Below are positions 11,739 through 24,496 of a DNA stretch of 64,000 bases, one piece after another. Source of the stretch: Eledone cirrhosa (lineage: Eukaryota); the NCBI GenBank assembly GCA_964016885.1, contig OZ024740.1, forward strand, positions 149,854,001-149,918,000. The letters run 5' to 3'. Made by a program: the position numbers and the translations under genes. Every line of letters begins with the position of its first letter. The first letter of the stretch is position 1. Below the pieces are notes generated by a model. It made no database searches and was not told the origin of the DNA. It worked only from the letters and a program-made list of their open reading frames with translations.

Positions 11739-12330
11739 TGTGTTATTGTTGTGGCCATACATTTATTGTTTAATCGAAAGCGAAAGATACACTGAAATGC
11801 AGCATGCTTGGGGATCCATTTGTTGAAGAATATTTTATATTGAATTTGATATTGTCGTGGATGGTGTTGAAAGTCACGTATTTTTATAACCTCATATATG
11901 GAACTGGTTAGCACTAAGGTGTTGTTTACGTATCTCTGGTGTAATGTGCGTCGCCCAGAATGCAGGGCCTTTCGAACTAGATCATTTCATTGCTTGTTAG
12001 GGTAACCAGAGTCACGCTAAGTTTGGGTTGTATCAGAAGATCACTGGACTCTCGGAAAATGGTGCCTTTGGCTCGGAAGAAAATGCTGGTGAAATTGATC
12101 GTTAGAAAAGATCTGAAGTTTGTGATGGAAAGTCTTTGCAAAGCTGTGTTCTCCTTCCAGACGTTCTTGAGCTATTTGTATTGTCTCTACTGGTGGTATG
12201 CTGGTGTCCATGAATGCAAATTAGTGCCAAATACATAGTTATTGTCAGCTAATATATGTGGAAGTGTTTATAAGTTACCAGATGTATTGATACGTGTGTT
12301 ATAAGACGTTTGAGAAACATGATCAACAAT
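11702..12330 (-). mobile_element. Degenerate Penelope-like element remnant (RT fragments plus 3' HHR), intronic
   Basis: Manual translation SIPPVETIQIAQERL, RYVNNTLVL (decayed YVDD), FNTIHDNIKFNIK; ends CTGATGA..GAAA-CGGCG-TC. Confidence 0.68.
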
Positions 12331-12791
12331 ACACCATCTTCTGTGCGAGGTCTATATTGTTTTTCGCACAAGACAGATAAACTTTACCAACTAATAAATA
12401 TCTCCCTATCGGCATACATGATCTTGCACATAAAAAGACTGACTGCAACTAGAGATTAGGAGAATATGAGGAATAAAAAAGAGTAATACTTCTTTAGCGA
12501 ATTTCTAAATCAAATTGAAAAACTTCACACTGCCCAGTATAACAACAAAACACAACAGACTACCCTTTTAAACATGGATCGTATAAGAGATAAAGAACTG
12601 ATACAATTCCAAATAAAGATCCAAATTAGTAATATGCTGACTTTCATCTTTTCTTCTATTTGTAATACACAACATTTGTCTTCATTACGTCTGTTAGTTA
12701 TTATCATGCAGTATCTTAATTCAAATTTTATGGTGACTACAATGGTTTTTGAACTGCTTATTGTAAGATATAAGAAAATAATTTCACTCAC

Positions 12792-12876
12792 CTATTGGTA
12801 TCGACAGAGATAAAGTGCTGAAACAAATGAGAATGAGCAGAAAACAGCATATGTTTTCTGCGGAGTGTCCCATCAT
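12792..12876 (-). CDS. Chitin deacetylase-like gene, coding exon 1 (signal peptide), copy A
   Basis: Encodes MMGHSAENICCFLLILICFSTLSLSIPI plus 1 nt; consensus donor AG|GTGAGT at 12792/12791; phase 1 matches the exon 2 acceptor, giving GAT (Asp) and a 354-aa protein. Confidence 0.85.
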
Positions 12877-12926
12877 TTTTCTTGAACAGAATATTCTTCT
12901 TACTAAATATATGCGAGCGCTCTTTC

Positions 12927-12958
12927 TGCAAGAAACAATCAAATTTGTTTATTTTATA
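12927..12958 (-). promoter_or_regulatory. Putative TATA box (12958-12952) and initiator (~12927)
   Basis: TATAAAA 31 nt upstream of a CA dinucleotide, leaving a ~50-nt 5' UTR before the exon 1 ATG. Confidence 0.55.
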
Positions 12959-13494
12959 TCGTTCGATGGTGTGAACATGTGTGTATGTAAACACATTGTG
13001 CGTATAAAAGGAATGCACATAGATAATTTGCATATTATAATTTCTTATAGGCGTACATAAGTATGCAAGAATGTTTCTACTTACTACGGGTTCTGATATA
13101 TTCCGGATATTATGAGTGCTTAAGTTGTTTACATCAAATAACGATTTGCTGCCCAGATCCGTCAACGCAGTATGATTGGATAGCGAGGTAAATTTCTCGT
13201 CATAGCAACTTAGTAAATATTTTTGACACAGAAAGTCGTGTCTGTACAATAACTCTATTCTAAAAGACATCTGATACTTTCGGTTAAAATATTTCCCGTT
13301 CTGACAAGTAAACATACTTTTGCACACATTTCAGTTTGTCGACGTGATCTTCATAATTAATTTAAAACAGTTTCAAACGATTGACGCATCTGCTTCACAA
13401 AATTGCAACAATGGCATACATTGATATCTGTTGACATCAAATGCTTATAATGTTTATTTTCGGTTCTTTTACTGAACTTTTCCGCCAATTATTT

Positions 13495-13747
13495 TTGTTG
13501 TTGTTCTTGTTGTTATTGTTGTTGTTATTATTCTTGTGGTGGTGGTGGTGGTGGTGGTGGTGGTGGTGGTGGTGTGTCATGATAATAAGTACATATACAT
13601 CGCTTCTGTATTTGAATTGTATTGTGTTGATTTTTTAAAACTTTATTTAGATGTTTTGTGTTTGTGTATCAGATCGTATAGAACCATTACAAACAAAACA
13701 ATAATATGAACCGAAATACATGCAAATTTAATGGAAAAATTAGCGTT

Positions 13748-13812
<65 letters not shown>

Positions 13813-13880
13813 GAGCAACAGCAACAACAACAACGGCAACAACAATAGCAACTGCAGCAACAGTAACAACAATAATACAG
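13495..13880. repeat. Trinucleotide repeat cluster (TTG)n, (TGG)n, (AAC)n
   Basis: Directly visible; (AAC)n is four units longer in unit B. Confidence 0.92.
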
Positions 13881-14902
13881 TTTTGCACATTTCGTGTGGC
13901 AAATGCCGCGTCCAATAAAGAAATTTGGAACATGGACAAAATCCAGTGGAAGAAAGTAGTCTAATAGTGGGAAAAAAGAAAGATAACATGGTTCTATTTG
14001 TCCTCAAAAGACAAATTGAAGAAAGCTCTGATCGATGTGTGGGAGAATATCATTTTCATCAAGTGAGGCAAGACAATCAGTACTGTATGTTTTGTCTTCA
14101 GCATAGAGAGCGAGACAAATTGCCAATCTGCTAGTGCAATGCACAGGCGTCCAAACGTTGTCCATGGGCCACCAGCACATTGTTGTGCATTGTTGGCAGG
14201 TGACATTACGGAGTTGATGAGAAAGGATATGTAGTCAGGGAGGGTTAGCATGTACTTGCAAGTCCATGATCAATTTTTGAAGCCACAATAGCACGATGTC
14301 ATTCAGAAGCTACGCCCAATAGTGGGGGCAAACACAAATGCAATGAAACTGGTGATGTAGAACGTTCTAATAGTACCACCAGTCGAAGTTCTGGAAAAAT
14401 ACGCAGAGATCGCATCCTCCACGGTCACAGAAGCATGTGATACCAAACGTCTTACCCCATTCACTTGCGGGGATGGGGAGTAGCTGGAGGATAGGGTGTT
14501 GGTGAAGGCTGGAGAGGAGCAGTACATCTTTTCAGGGACCAGAAAAAAAGGAAGGAAAACAGAAAAGGCTCGATGAACGAATACAAAAGGTATATAAAAC
14601 ACAAGAAGAAAAACCTCACTCCGTGGATGAACGTGAAGTTCGGCTTTTAATGACTGAAATTCCAGGCATAGATATTAATTAAAGTATCTTTTGGGGTTGC
14701 TTAGAATACTCTTGTAAGCTTCGACCATAATCAAAAGACACATGCATCAAAGGTACCCCATCAGCTGTACCCCAAAATGGTGGTTAAACAAAGAGTATAT
14801 TGAAATGATATATAGCTAATGGGAATGTTATATATTTAAATATGGTCCACTGGACAATATTGAGGGGTATAAATATACAAGTGAATGATAAAGGTGCTTA
14901 AC

Positions 14903-14984
<82 letters not shown>

Positions 14985-14990
<6 letters not shown>

Positions 14991-17510
14991 TGTCACTCAA
15001 GGACATTCCAATCCCATCTAAGGATACCTATGAAAAATTGCTAAGTAGTATTAATTCATTTATTAAAAGAATAAGATGGGGTGTTTTCCATTATGAAAGA
15101 AACCGAGGAAATAAACCTTTAGATTTACCTCTTAATAATACTTATGGTTTGAAAGCATATAAAAATCCATGGCATAATGTCTTATGGGACCCTTTTGAAA
15201 ACGATTTATTAATGCTCGTGAAGAATATTAAGTATAGAAAACCTTATGTGAAAAACAATCACTTCCTCAAAAAACTTAATTCTACTATTAAAGAATTTAA
15301 TTAAAAAAAAAAAAAAGGATCTCTTAGTCCTAGCTGATGAAACCAAAAATATCTATAGCCTAGATTATAACACTTTATAAGGCTTTAATATTGTAAATAA
15401 ATTAAAACTTGAGAGGTACACTCAACCTTATACTCCTAACCACCTAGATTTACTTTGAAAGATAATAAGGAGTAATTTAATACTAATCCAACAATAAGCT
15501 TAATATGCCCATCTAAGTCTGACATTGGTATAATTAGCGAAAGAATTCTAGACCAAATTATCCCCAAAATCAAACAGAAGGTCCATTTCAACCTTTGGGG
15601 GTAATACTAGAGATGTAATTCATTGGTTCACAACTATTGATCATAATAAGTCTAAGAAGTTTATTCAATTTGACATTAACTCTTATTACATATCTATCTC
15701 TCCTATCTTATTAAATAAAGCTCTAATTATGACCATGAATAATAGTGACTTAACTAGATCCCAGGTAGATGTAATTCTAGCGGCCCGTAAAAATATCATC
15801 GAATTTGAAGACCAATTATGGACTCGTAAAAATGCACCTAATAATTTTGATATCACTATGGGGTCTAGTGATTCTGCACAGGCCACTTATTTATTTGGAT
15901 TGTACCTTTTAAATGAAATTCATAAAACCTTACCTGAAGGGTGGATTATATCGCGATGATACCTTATTTATTTTAGATTATAAAAAATATAAGATTGAAA
16001 GAACTAAGAAGGAACTACATATATTTTTCAAAAGTTTTAACCTGATGTTACCCTATGCTTGGATTCTAAAACCTTTACACCTTACCATAAACCTAATGAA
16101 AAATATTTTTATGTTGATACTAATTCTAACCACCCTAGATCTGTCTTAAACTCAATTATTAAAGTTGTATCGAATAGAATTAGTAATTTATCTTATACTG
16201 AATCTATCTTTAACCAAAATGCTCATTATTATAATGAAGTTTTTTTACGTTCTGGCTATAAAAATAAAATTAATTTTACGCCTAAAAACTCTTTTGCCGA
16301 CTGTAACAAACAACCTAATATTATTTCACATAATATTTGTTTTTACTTTTGGCACAAGGCCAGCAATTACCCAGTACATTACTGGTACTTTATTTTATCG
16401 ACCTCGTAAGGATGAAAGGCATAATATGGTTATGAAAAACCTACAAATATTCAAACTAATAAGGGTAATAATGTTATTAATTGTGAGAGTGAATTACATA
16501 ATGATATCCTTCTACATTTCCCCCCAGTACTAATAAAAACATCTTAAGAATAAGAAAAGTATTGTGAATCAAAAGCATAGTATATGCACTAAACGTAACA
16601 TCTGTAATACTAAACATAAAAGTGAAGGTAATAATCATAAGGATACATTTATTAGTAACAAAAATAAGAAGAATAGAAGAAGGCTTAATTCCTACTTTAA
16701 TCCACCCTTCAATTTAAATGTTTCTACTAATGTATCAAGAGTATTCTTCTCTATTATTGAAAACATTTCCACTTGATCACAAATAATATAATTTAATTAC
16801 TAAAAACACTATTAAAATCTCTTACTCTACCACACCTAACATTGCTAATCACATAGTGAGTAGTAACAACAAGAAAATTAGTAAATATATTTCATCTTAT
16901 AACTTGAATAACAATTCACAACCAGTTGATACGCTTAACAATATTGTACCTAAAACTTTTAGTAATCACTCTCATAGTAGATTAAATTCCAGGACTTGTA
17001 GGAATAATAATAGCAATTCTAGCATTCATATATCTAACTCTAATAACTCTTCACATCTTTACCCTCAAAACTGCTTAATCAATAGCTATAATTGTAATTG
17101 TAGGCCTAATAATGTATGCCCTCTTAATAGAAATTGCCTTGTTAAGAATGTTATTTATTCCTGCACTGTCACAACTTTCACCAAACTCCAAAACATATAT
17201 CGGTTCTACATCGATTAGTTTTAAGATGAGGTATAATTCCCATCTTAAACTTATACTTTCAAGAACTCTAAGCTTATCATGCAACTTCTTTATCTAGTTT
17301 CATATCATTTCTGAAGAGTAATAATACACCCTGACTTGGAATGTGATTGCAAAATCTTCTTCTTAAAAACCTTCCAATAAATGTTGAAACCTGTACCTTA
17401 GTCCCATACTATTATCTATTCTAAATTAAATTTATTAAATAGGAAATCTGAAAGTTTTTCCACTTGTCCTCATATTAATCACCCTTCTTTTTACTATTTT
17501 AACCCTAGTA
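14985..17510 (+). mobile_element. Naiad-type PLE family 2, near full length, heavily degraded and AT-rich
   Basis: N-terminus SLKDIPIP..SFIKRIRW, TMGSSDSAQ, GLYRDD, SNHP, FNPPF, CNCRPNNVCPLNRNC, YIGST; many stops and frameshifts. Confidence 0.9.
16348..16421 (-). mobile_element. SINE 3' fragment nested in PLE family 2
   Basis: Reverse complement of the SINE core and tail (GCCTTTCATCCTTACGAGGTCGATAAAATAAAGTACCAGT...GCTGGCCTTGTGCC). Confidence 0.75.
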
Positions 17511-18726
17511 ACTAACTTATACTAATGTAGATTTATACCTTATTTTTTTTAGTAACATTAGTATCATTGCACTCTTCTTACATCCCCCTTCTGATCCCTT
17601 CGATTATGATTACAATCTATTATAACCACCCATTCACATTTAGGCATCTTATTATTTTATTATTTTATTATTTTATTATATTATTTTTAATAAGCCCCAC
17701 TTATATTTGTATTTATTTTTGCTAATATTATACTATATATTAACCATTGCCTCGCTCTCTATTTTTTTAGTGGTAGTATATTTTCAATACTTATATGATT
17801 TATTGAATAATTAATTAACTAGTATAATTCTTTATCCTTTAATATTATTTAATATATTATGTATATAATTTGTTTAATAATACATAGCATTTTAATATAC
17901 ATTGATAAGTTATTCTATTTGTATTTCGTAAATATATTATTTTTTAAATAATTCTTTAGTTCTATAACCATTAGCCCTAAATGCATTTTCTAAGTCGTTA
18001 CATCTTGACATAATAAATATTTGTATTCCATTTAATAATTTGTAACTCTCTTATAAAATGTCTTATATGAATTACCTCCCTTTTATTTTCTAATTAGCAT
18101 TAACCGTCAGTTAAGGATAAAATATACCCATATATTGAAGAACGGGGAGAGGGAGAGAATGGAAGAAAGAGAGTCTAAAGAATAAGATGAGAAATGAGAG
18201 GGGCACAAAGAAAGAGAGAGAGAGCAAGAGAAAGGGAGAGAGAAAGAGAGAGAGAGAGAAGAGAAAAGAAGAGGAGTGGAGAAAAGCGGGAATGATATGG
18301 ATGGAGCAAAATATTTTTGGAGAATTGCGAAAGATAAAACATGATGGAGAAAAAATAAAGTATGTAAACTGAGAAATACAGAGCTATAGCATCGTGATGA
18401 CCTCTTCAGCTTCGTTTTAGATCCACAAGGTTTCGCTCGGAAAAAAGGAAGTACCATGTATATAAGGCTAGCCCACGCAACAGAACCAAAATGTCAATCC
18501 TCTCCTTCTCTCCGTTCTTCCGATCAATTTGTGGTTGTATTTCAACCCTGCTTTTTGCTATGCCCATAACAATCAGGTATTCACACCTATCCCCGTGCTG
18601 AGATTCCTACTGTTTTATAAAAATTCATATACACTCATCGCTTCAAATCTTTTCAATTATTGTTTACACACGCACACACACACATACACACACATATATA
18701 AAAAAAAAATTATAATTTTGAAGAAT

Positions 18727-18990
18727 AGTCAGACAAAATTTATCCAATTTTCCTCTCCTAAGTCCGTAGAAATCAACCAGATAAATAATCTATTAAACGG
18801 AGCTAAGTTTAAAATGTAACTTCGAAGAAATGACAGATAAATGTTATCCATTTTCCCCTGTGATGAACAGTCAGACAAAATTTACCTAGTCTTTCCTGTT
18901 AGTCCGTAGAAATTAACTAGAGAAATAACCAATTAAACGGAGCTAAATCTAAAATGTAAGTTTGAAGAAAAAATATAGACAAACATTACC
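18727..18990. repeat. Diverged tandem duplication, ~140-bp unit
   Basis: AGTCAGACAAAATTTA...AGTCCGTAGAAAT...TTAAACGGAGCTAA occurs twice. Confidence 0.75.
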
Positions 18991-19328
18991 AAAAATTCTT
19001 CCAATCCCGATTATCGGTAGTTTCGCACGTACTTTGTGGATATGTCTAATCGTTGCATTATCCATGAGACTCCGAGCTTTTCAAGAGCCTCCCCCAGTTA
19101 GGACCAAGTTTCTAAAATGATCGCAGTCAGTAACGAATTCAAAAGGGATGAGAAAAATCACATGGCTAGCGGCTAAGATAGAGGTGTTGTGAAGGGTAGG
19201 CCAGTGGCGAGTAGGTTCATTGCTAGAAGAAGCAGTTAGTTACCGTCGAAAGTTTACTCAACCTTAAATGTAAGTATGCACACGTACACACACATATATA
19301 CATATATACATATAACCCCCCCCCCCCA

Positions 19329-19359
<31 letters not shown>

Positions 19360-19362
19360 ACG

Positions 19363-19448
<86 letters not shown>

Positions 19449-19635
19449 CGCACACACATACATATATATATATATATATACACACGCACTCACATATACA
19501 TATACATATGTACGTATGGGTTATATCGAACATTAATAACAATGTTCGATTCGTTTGTAAACAAACGGCCCGGTTTGAAGCTGTGCCGTGCTGGTGACCG
19601 ATCGTCACCTGTTTGTTCAACACTGGCATTGAGGA

Positions 19636-19678
19636 ACAATCAACATGTTTCTGGGTCATTACCCTTCACCAGGACTGT
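19636..19678 (-). ncRNA. Minimal hammerhead ribozyme, core mutated (CTGGTGA)
   Basis: Minus strand: ACAGTC-CTGGTGA-A-GGGT(AATG)ACCC-A-GAAA-CATG-TT-GATTGT. Confidence 0.72.
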
Positions 19679-19903
19679 ATACCTCTCTACCAGTCTGTTG
19701 AACGGTTGAAACTATGTATTATTTTCTTAAGTACACATCGGCTGAGTAACCTCATTTGCATACCGAGCGAGTTATTGCTGCCCTTGCTGAATATCAAAAA
19801 TAGAATTAAAATTTTACTTCTCGCCCTAGCACAGCTGATTCATAAATGTAAGAAAATATTATATATATTCAACCGTTCAACAGACTAGCAGAGATCTGGA
19901 TAT

Positions 19904-19950
19904 ACAGTCCTGAAGAAGGGTAATGACCCAGAAAGATGCATGTTGATTGT
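19904..19950 (+). ncRNA. Minimal hammerhead ribozyme, stem III altered
   Basis: ACAGTC-CTGAAGA-A-GGGT(AATG)ACCC-A-GAAA-GATGCATG-TT-GATTGT. Confidence 0.72.
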
Positions 19951-20101
19951 TCCTCAAAGCCAGTGTTGAACAAATAGGTGACGATCGGTCACCGACATGG
20001 CACAAATTCAAATCGGGCCGTTTGTTTACAAACGAATCGAACATTATTATTAATGTTCGATATAACCCATACGTACATATGTATATGTATATATGTGTGT
20101 G

Positions 20102-20134
<33 letters not shown>

Positions 20135-20386
20135 ATGTGTATATATATATCCGTGTGTGTGTATATATATATATATATGGGTGGGGGGGGGTACGTATGC
20201 ATACTTACATTTATGTATCAGCTGTACTAGGGCGACAAATAAAATTCTAGTTTTATTATATTATTTCCTTACCTTATAAAATTATATGTTTTTTCACAAA
20301 AAAGTATTCTGTCTCTTATATATTCCATGTGCCATTACCAACCTCAATTTTCTCTATAACCTTCGTTTTGTGTAGTAAATTACACT

Positions 20387-20423
<37 letters not shown>

Positions 20424-20426
<3 letters not shown>

Positions 20427-21272
20427 GTCAGTCTAAAATCTTTTCCTGAGTCCAACCATTTTCGTTGCTATGGCAATGCGGCTGGACTGCCGATCACTAT
20501 ATTTGATTTGCAAAGCTGTCTAAACGTATTGTTATTACTCTGGGGTACTATTCCCTATCGAGTGCTAAAGCTTCATACCGAATTTGCATTCGTTAGCTTG
20601 GCCGCAACCTAAAGCTTCGTTAATGCTGTACTAAAATTTGTATTTTAACTCCTAGAATTAACGATTAACTGATTAATTTAATTAGACAATTCTATTGATT
20701 GATTAATTGTTTATGTTTGTTTGATAACTTCTGGTTGAGTGCTTAATTCGGTTTGTTTAAGGGAATTCCATTCCTTTGTCTCAAATTTCGAATTCACTGC
20801 CAAAAGAGAAAACCACGTGTCTATAGCGAAATTTACTGCTAGAACACACCCGCAGAGGCTAAAGAACACAAGACTTGTTGAAGAAGTAAATCCTTTGTTC
20901 TGTCGTCAAAGACCATTAACTTGCAGACCCCTGCAAGCGGAATTAGTCGATCTTGGATTTACAGAAACCTAGCGTGGATGTTGTGTGTTGTATGTGATGT
21001 ATATCGTATGCTATACGATATGCATTATATGTTGCATTCGGTCTCCGCGCTATGTCCAGGTCAGTCTAAAATCTTTTCCTGAGTCCCACCATTTTCGTTG
21101 CTATGGCAATGCGGCTGGACTGCCGATCGCTATATTTGATTTGCAAAGCTGTCTAAACGTATTGTTATTACTCTGGGGTACTATTCCCTATCGAGTGCTA
21201 AAGCTTCATACCGAATTTGCATTCGTTAGCTTGGCCGCAACCTAAAGCTTCGTTAATGCTGTACTAAAATTT
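20424..21272. mobile_element. Unclassified 849-bp non-coding element with 216-bp direct terminal repeats, bounded by (TA)n
   Basis: 20424-20639 and 21057-21272 differ at two positions seen; TA runs on both sides. Confidence 0.6.
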
Positions 21273-21299
21273 ATATATATATATATATAAATGTTTCAT

Positions 21300-22150
21300 T
21301 ATTTACATGGACAAGATTGACATGCGCAGCTTTGTTGGAAGTAGTATAACTACTGGCGGGCGTAAAATCAGTCGGCTGGAATTTGCAGACGACATGTTGT
21401 TACTCAACTCGACAGAAGATGATCTTCGACTTGCATTTGATAGGTTTGATGCTGAGTACTGTATGGCTGGAATGAAAATTAGTGCTGCGAAAACTGGGAA
21501 CACGTCCTGTAGTGCATGCTACATGTGAATGGGGTTCCACTGAAGCAGGTAGAGAAGATCAAGTACCTCGGGGCTGTGTACACGGGTGATGGAAGGGAGG
21601 AGGCTGAATTAAGTGCAAGATTTGCTAAAGCTGGTGCTGTAAAACGCTAGCTTCACCATCAGTCAATCAGAAAAGGGAGGCAAGTGTAAAAGCCAAACTC
21701 ACTGTCTTCAATTCGGTTTTCATGCCAACCCTTACCTATAGTCATGAATATTGGGAAATACCGAAAGAATACGATCGTGAATACAGGCAGCCGAAATGGG
21801 ATTCTTGCGAAGGGTCTTTGGAATAACATTACTCGATTAAGTGCGTTGCTCGAAGATTAGAGAGTCACTCCAGGTAAAGCTGCTACTTCTCCGAATTGAG
21901 AGATCACAGCTCCGATAATAGGGGCATGTGGTTAGAATGTCTCAGGAAATAATCGCTGGACAGATTTTATGGGCAAAACCAACAAGTAGGAGACCCAGGA
22001 GTAGACCACGAGCAAGATGGTTGGATAAACCCATGCACTTTGCTGGTCACGCTTTGGGATCCAGCCGGATCAGTTGGAGACGGTTGCTTTTGACAGGACC
22101 CGCTGGAAAGAATGCTTGAGGACTCTGCCCCACGACCCTCTCAGCAATAC
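21300..22150 (+). mobile_element. RTE-type LINE 3' fragment (degenerate RT)
   Basis: RLEFADDM, QVEKIKYLG, EMGFLRRV, RPRSRPRARW; stops and frameshifts. Confidence 0.82.
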
Positions 22151-22199
22151 GTGGACGAAGAAAAGAAGATATATTCTTGTTTGACCGCAAACGGTTCCG

Positions 22200-22518
22200 A
22201 TGACCAATGTTCCAGTTGTTCGACCAACACAACAGCCTACTCGTAAAATTTATGTGCAGTGGCTGCGCATTCAGTCTCAAGAAACCCATTGTCGTGTACC
22301 AACCTGCCCCTGGTAAGCAGAACAATGAACCAAATATCTATGTGTATGGTAAATGACTTGGAGTGGCTGATCAGTTTGTCTATCTGGGATGCACTGTCAA
22401 TCGATACAGCAATCCTAATGAAATTCCACAGAGGATTAGGAAAGTAAGTGATGCTTTCAGAAAGCTAGAAAGGTGCCCCTGGGGTATGCGAAACATATGC
22501 AAGAAAATATAGTTAAAT
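22200..22518 (+). mobile_element. Second RTE/BovB-like RT fragment, interrupted by PLE family 3
   Basis: Manual translation VVYQPAPG...DQFVYLG...RIRKVSDAFRKL. Confidence 0.6.
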
Positions 22519-24305
22519 GTTGTTGAGGTGTAAAACTTTGTCAATACTCTGATATGCCCAGTTCCTGGTTGGGTTGTTATTTCACTGAGGAACTGGAATC
22601 GTATGAATGTTAACGCCAAGTCAAACCACCCTAGATCCATAACCAAGGCAGTGGTGACGAGTGTTTCGGACAGGATCTCCAGCCTGTCCGCAAGTAAGGA
22701 AATATTCGATAACAACGCGGAATATTACAACGCAGCTCTAAATAATTTGGCACATAGCCAAAATATAACATATAGTCAGAAAAGCCGGGATGGGGATGGC
22801 CCAACGGACACCCACATCCGCATTGCCCGGGGGGGGGACCCTAACAATGCAGGCAGAACAGGAACAAATAGGCACCACGAGCCCGACACCACCACACGGG
22901 CGTTGGTGACGAGTACGCTTAACCATGAGATGAAACCAAATATGAGTAGCAGTCTCAGGGTTGATGCTAACCACCCCAGGCCCGAGGACCCCGACCGCAG
23001 GACACGTGGGGGAGGGGGGAATGGGGGAACACCCCACGGAAGATCTCCCAGCACGGGCAACGACCACCCCACAGATTCGGGCCGTGAAAATAGCAAAATG
23101 TATAGCGCCCAAAGGGGAAGCAACAATGCGGGAACCACCAGCAACCCAACAAATCTCCAACAACTCACGACGCCCCGATCCACACATATAGGAGGAGACA
23201 CAGAAAAATCACGTGGTACAACCCTCCCTACTCAGCGGCCCTAAAGAACAGCTTGGCCCGATCATTCTTTGGAGCACTTGATAAATGCTTCCCGAGGGAC
23301 CATAGATACCACAGGATCTTCAAAAGACACACTGTGAAGATCTCGTATTCCCCCACGAGAAATCTGTCCCAACATATAGCTAGCATCAACGGGAGAAGGC
23401 TTAAAAACCACATACAACCAGAAGATGGCAATACAAGCACTCAGCAGAACCATGTGAAAGGAGGGAAGGGGGAACCCAGTGCCCACCCAAGAAACCCAAA
23501 CAGACCCCCGCCCCACCGTGCCTGGGGGAAGACCACCATGTAAAACCTAACGGCAACCCCAATCTAGGCACGCAGAGGTCGACCACCCTCTGCAACTGCA
23601 GAAACCCCGAATCATGCCCCCTTGATAATGAATGCCTTAAGAAGAACCTAGTATACGGTTGTAGGGTTAAAACCCCCAACTCCGAACCCATCGACATAGG
23701 AGCCACATCAACGAGCTTCAAAGACCGCTGGTATAACCATCGCCATTCCTTCAATAAGGAGGCCAAAAGGAAAAGCACAGCTCTCTCCGACCTGATCTGG
23801 AAGCTTAAGCTGGACAGGACCCCGTACTCTCTGGCCTGGTCCATAATCAGGAAAGTACTACCCGATAAAGGGGGATCTTGCATATGCAAACTATGTCTGA
23901 ACGAGACCCTCGAGATACTAAGAGGTTGAAGCGGCCTGATAAACCTCAGAACCGATTTCTTCGGGACATGCAGACACCTCAGGGCCGGGACCTTCCTCAA
24001 GATATATGGACAGTAGCAACACAATAAGATGTGAACTCCCCTCAAGCTATAGGGACTTCTCCAGAACATGTAGACACCTCAAACTATATGGACAGTAACA
24101 GCACCATAGGTTGGGAACTCCCCTCAAGCCATAGGGACCAACCCAGGCTGAGCAGACACCATGAAAGCCTAGAGATTGATTCTGACACAGCCATTATAAT
24201 TTAGCCAACATCTTTATAACACACACACATTTTAATTTACTTGATTTTTGATTTTTCAATTTTCAATTTTTCGATTTTGATTTCTCATTATTAATTTGTT
24301 ATAAA

Positions 24306-24496
24306 GGGCGGTGGATTGGCAGTATCGGTAGAGGGTCGGATGCCATGCTTTCCAGCATAGTTACGTCCCTTTACGATCTGAGTTCAAATCCCGCCGAGGT
24401 TGACTTTGCCTTTCATCCTTACGGGGTCAATAAAATAAAGTACCAGTAATACACTGGGTTTTTGCTGGCCTTCTGCCTAAAGTAGAAACAATTATT
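24306..24496 (+). mobile_element. Full-length tRNA-derived SINE with a 16-bp target-site duplication
   Basis: A-box TGGCAGTATCGG, B-box GAGTTCAAATCCC; ATTATTAATTTGTTAT at 24287-24302 and 24491-24506. Confidence 0.85.

Larger units (their letters stand above)
19265..20213. mobile_element. Fold-back element: inverted HHR-bearing arms (19265-19710 / 19868-20213) with a 157-bp spacer
   Basis: Arms are reverse complements; diverged relative of 6505-6983. Confidence 0.88.

Noticed and set aside
12525-12650. Alternative hydrophobic leaders MKVSILLIWIF / MFKRVVCCVLLLYWA as exon 1
   Set aside because: The nearest GT donor is weak and phase 2, incompatible with the phase 1 acceptor; 12876-12792 fits far better
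12788-13327. 179-aa minus-strand ORF
   Set aside because: No recognisable domain; it overlaps the promoter and exon 1 in another frame
13850-14640. Possible transposase remnant or exon (YCMFC-containing short ORFs)
   Set aside because: No motif I can assign with confidence; needs a translated search
17375-17400. In-frame TGA at a Cys position (KC*NLY) suggesting a selenoprotein Naiad; also a TGA near 23927
   Set aside because: Both copies are full of stops and frameshifts, the 23927 TGA is not at a conserved Cys, and I see no SECIS; only a family consensus could support it
18385-18440. Minus-strand GAAAC...CTGAAGAG resembling a type II hammerhead
   Set aside because: Stems I, II and III do not pair
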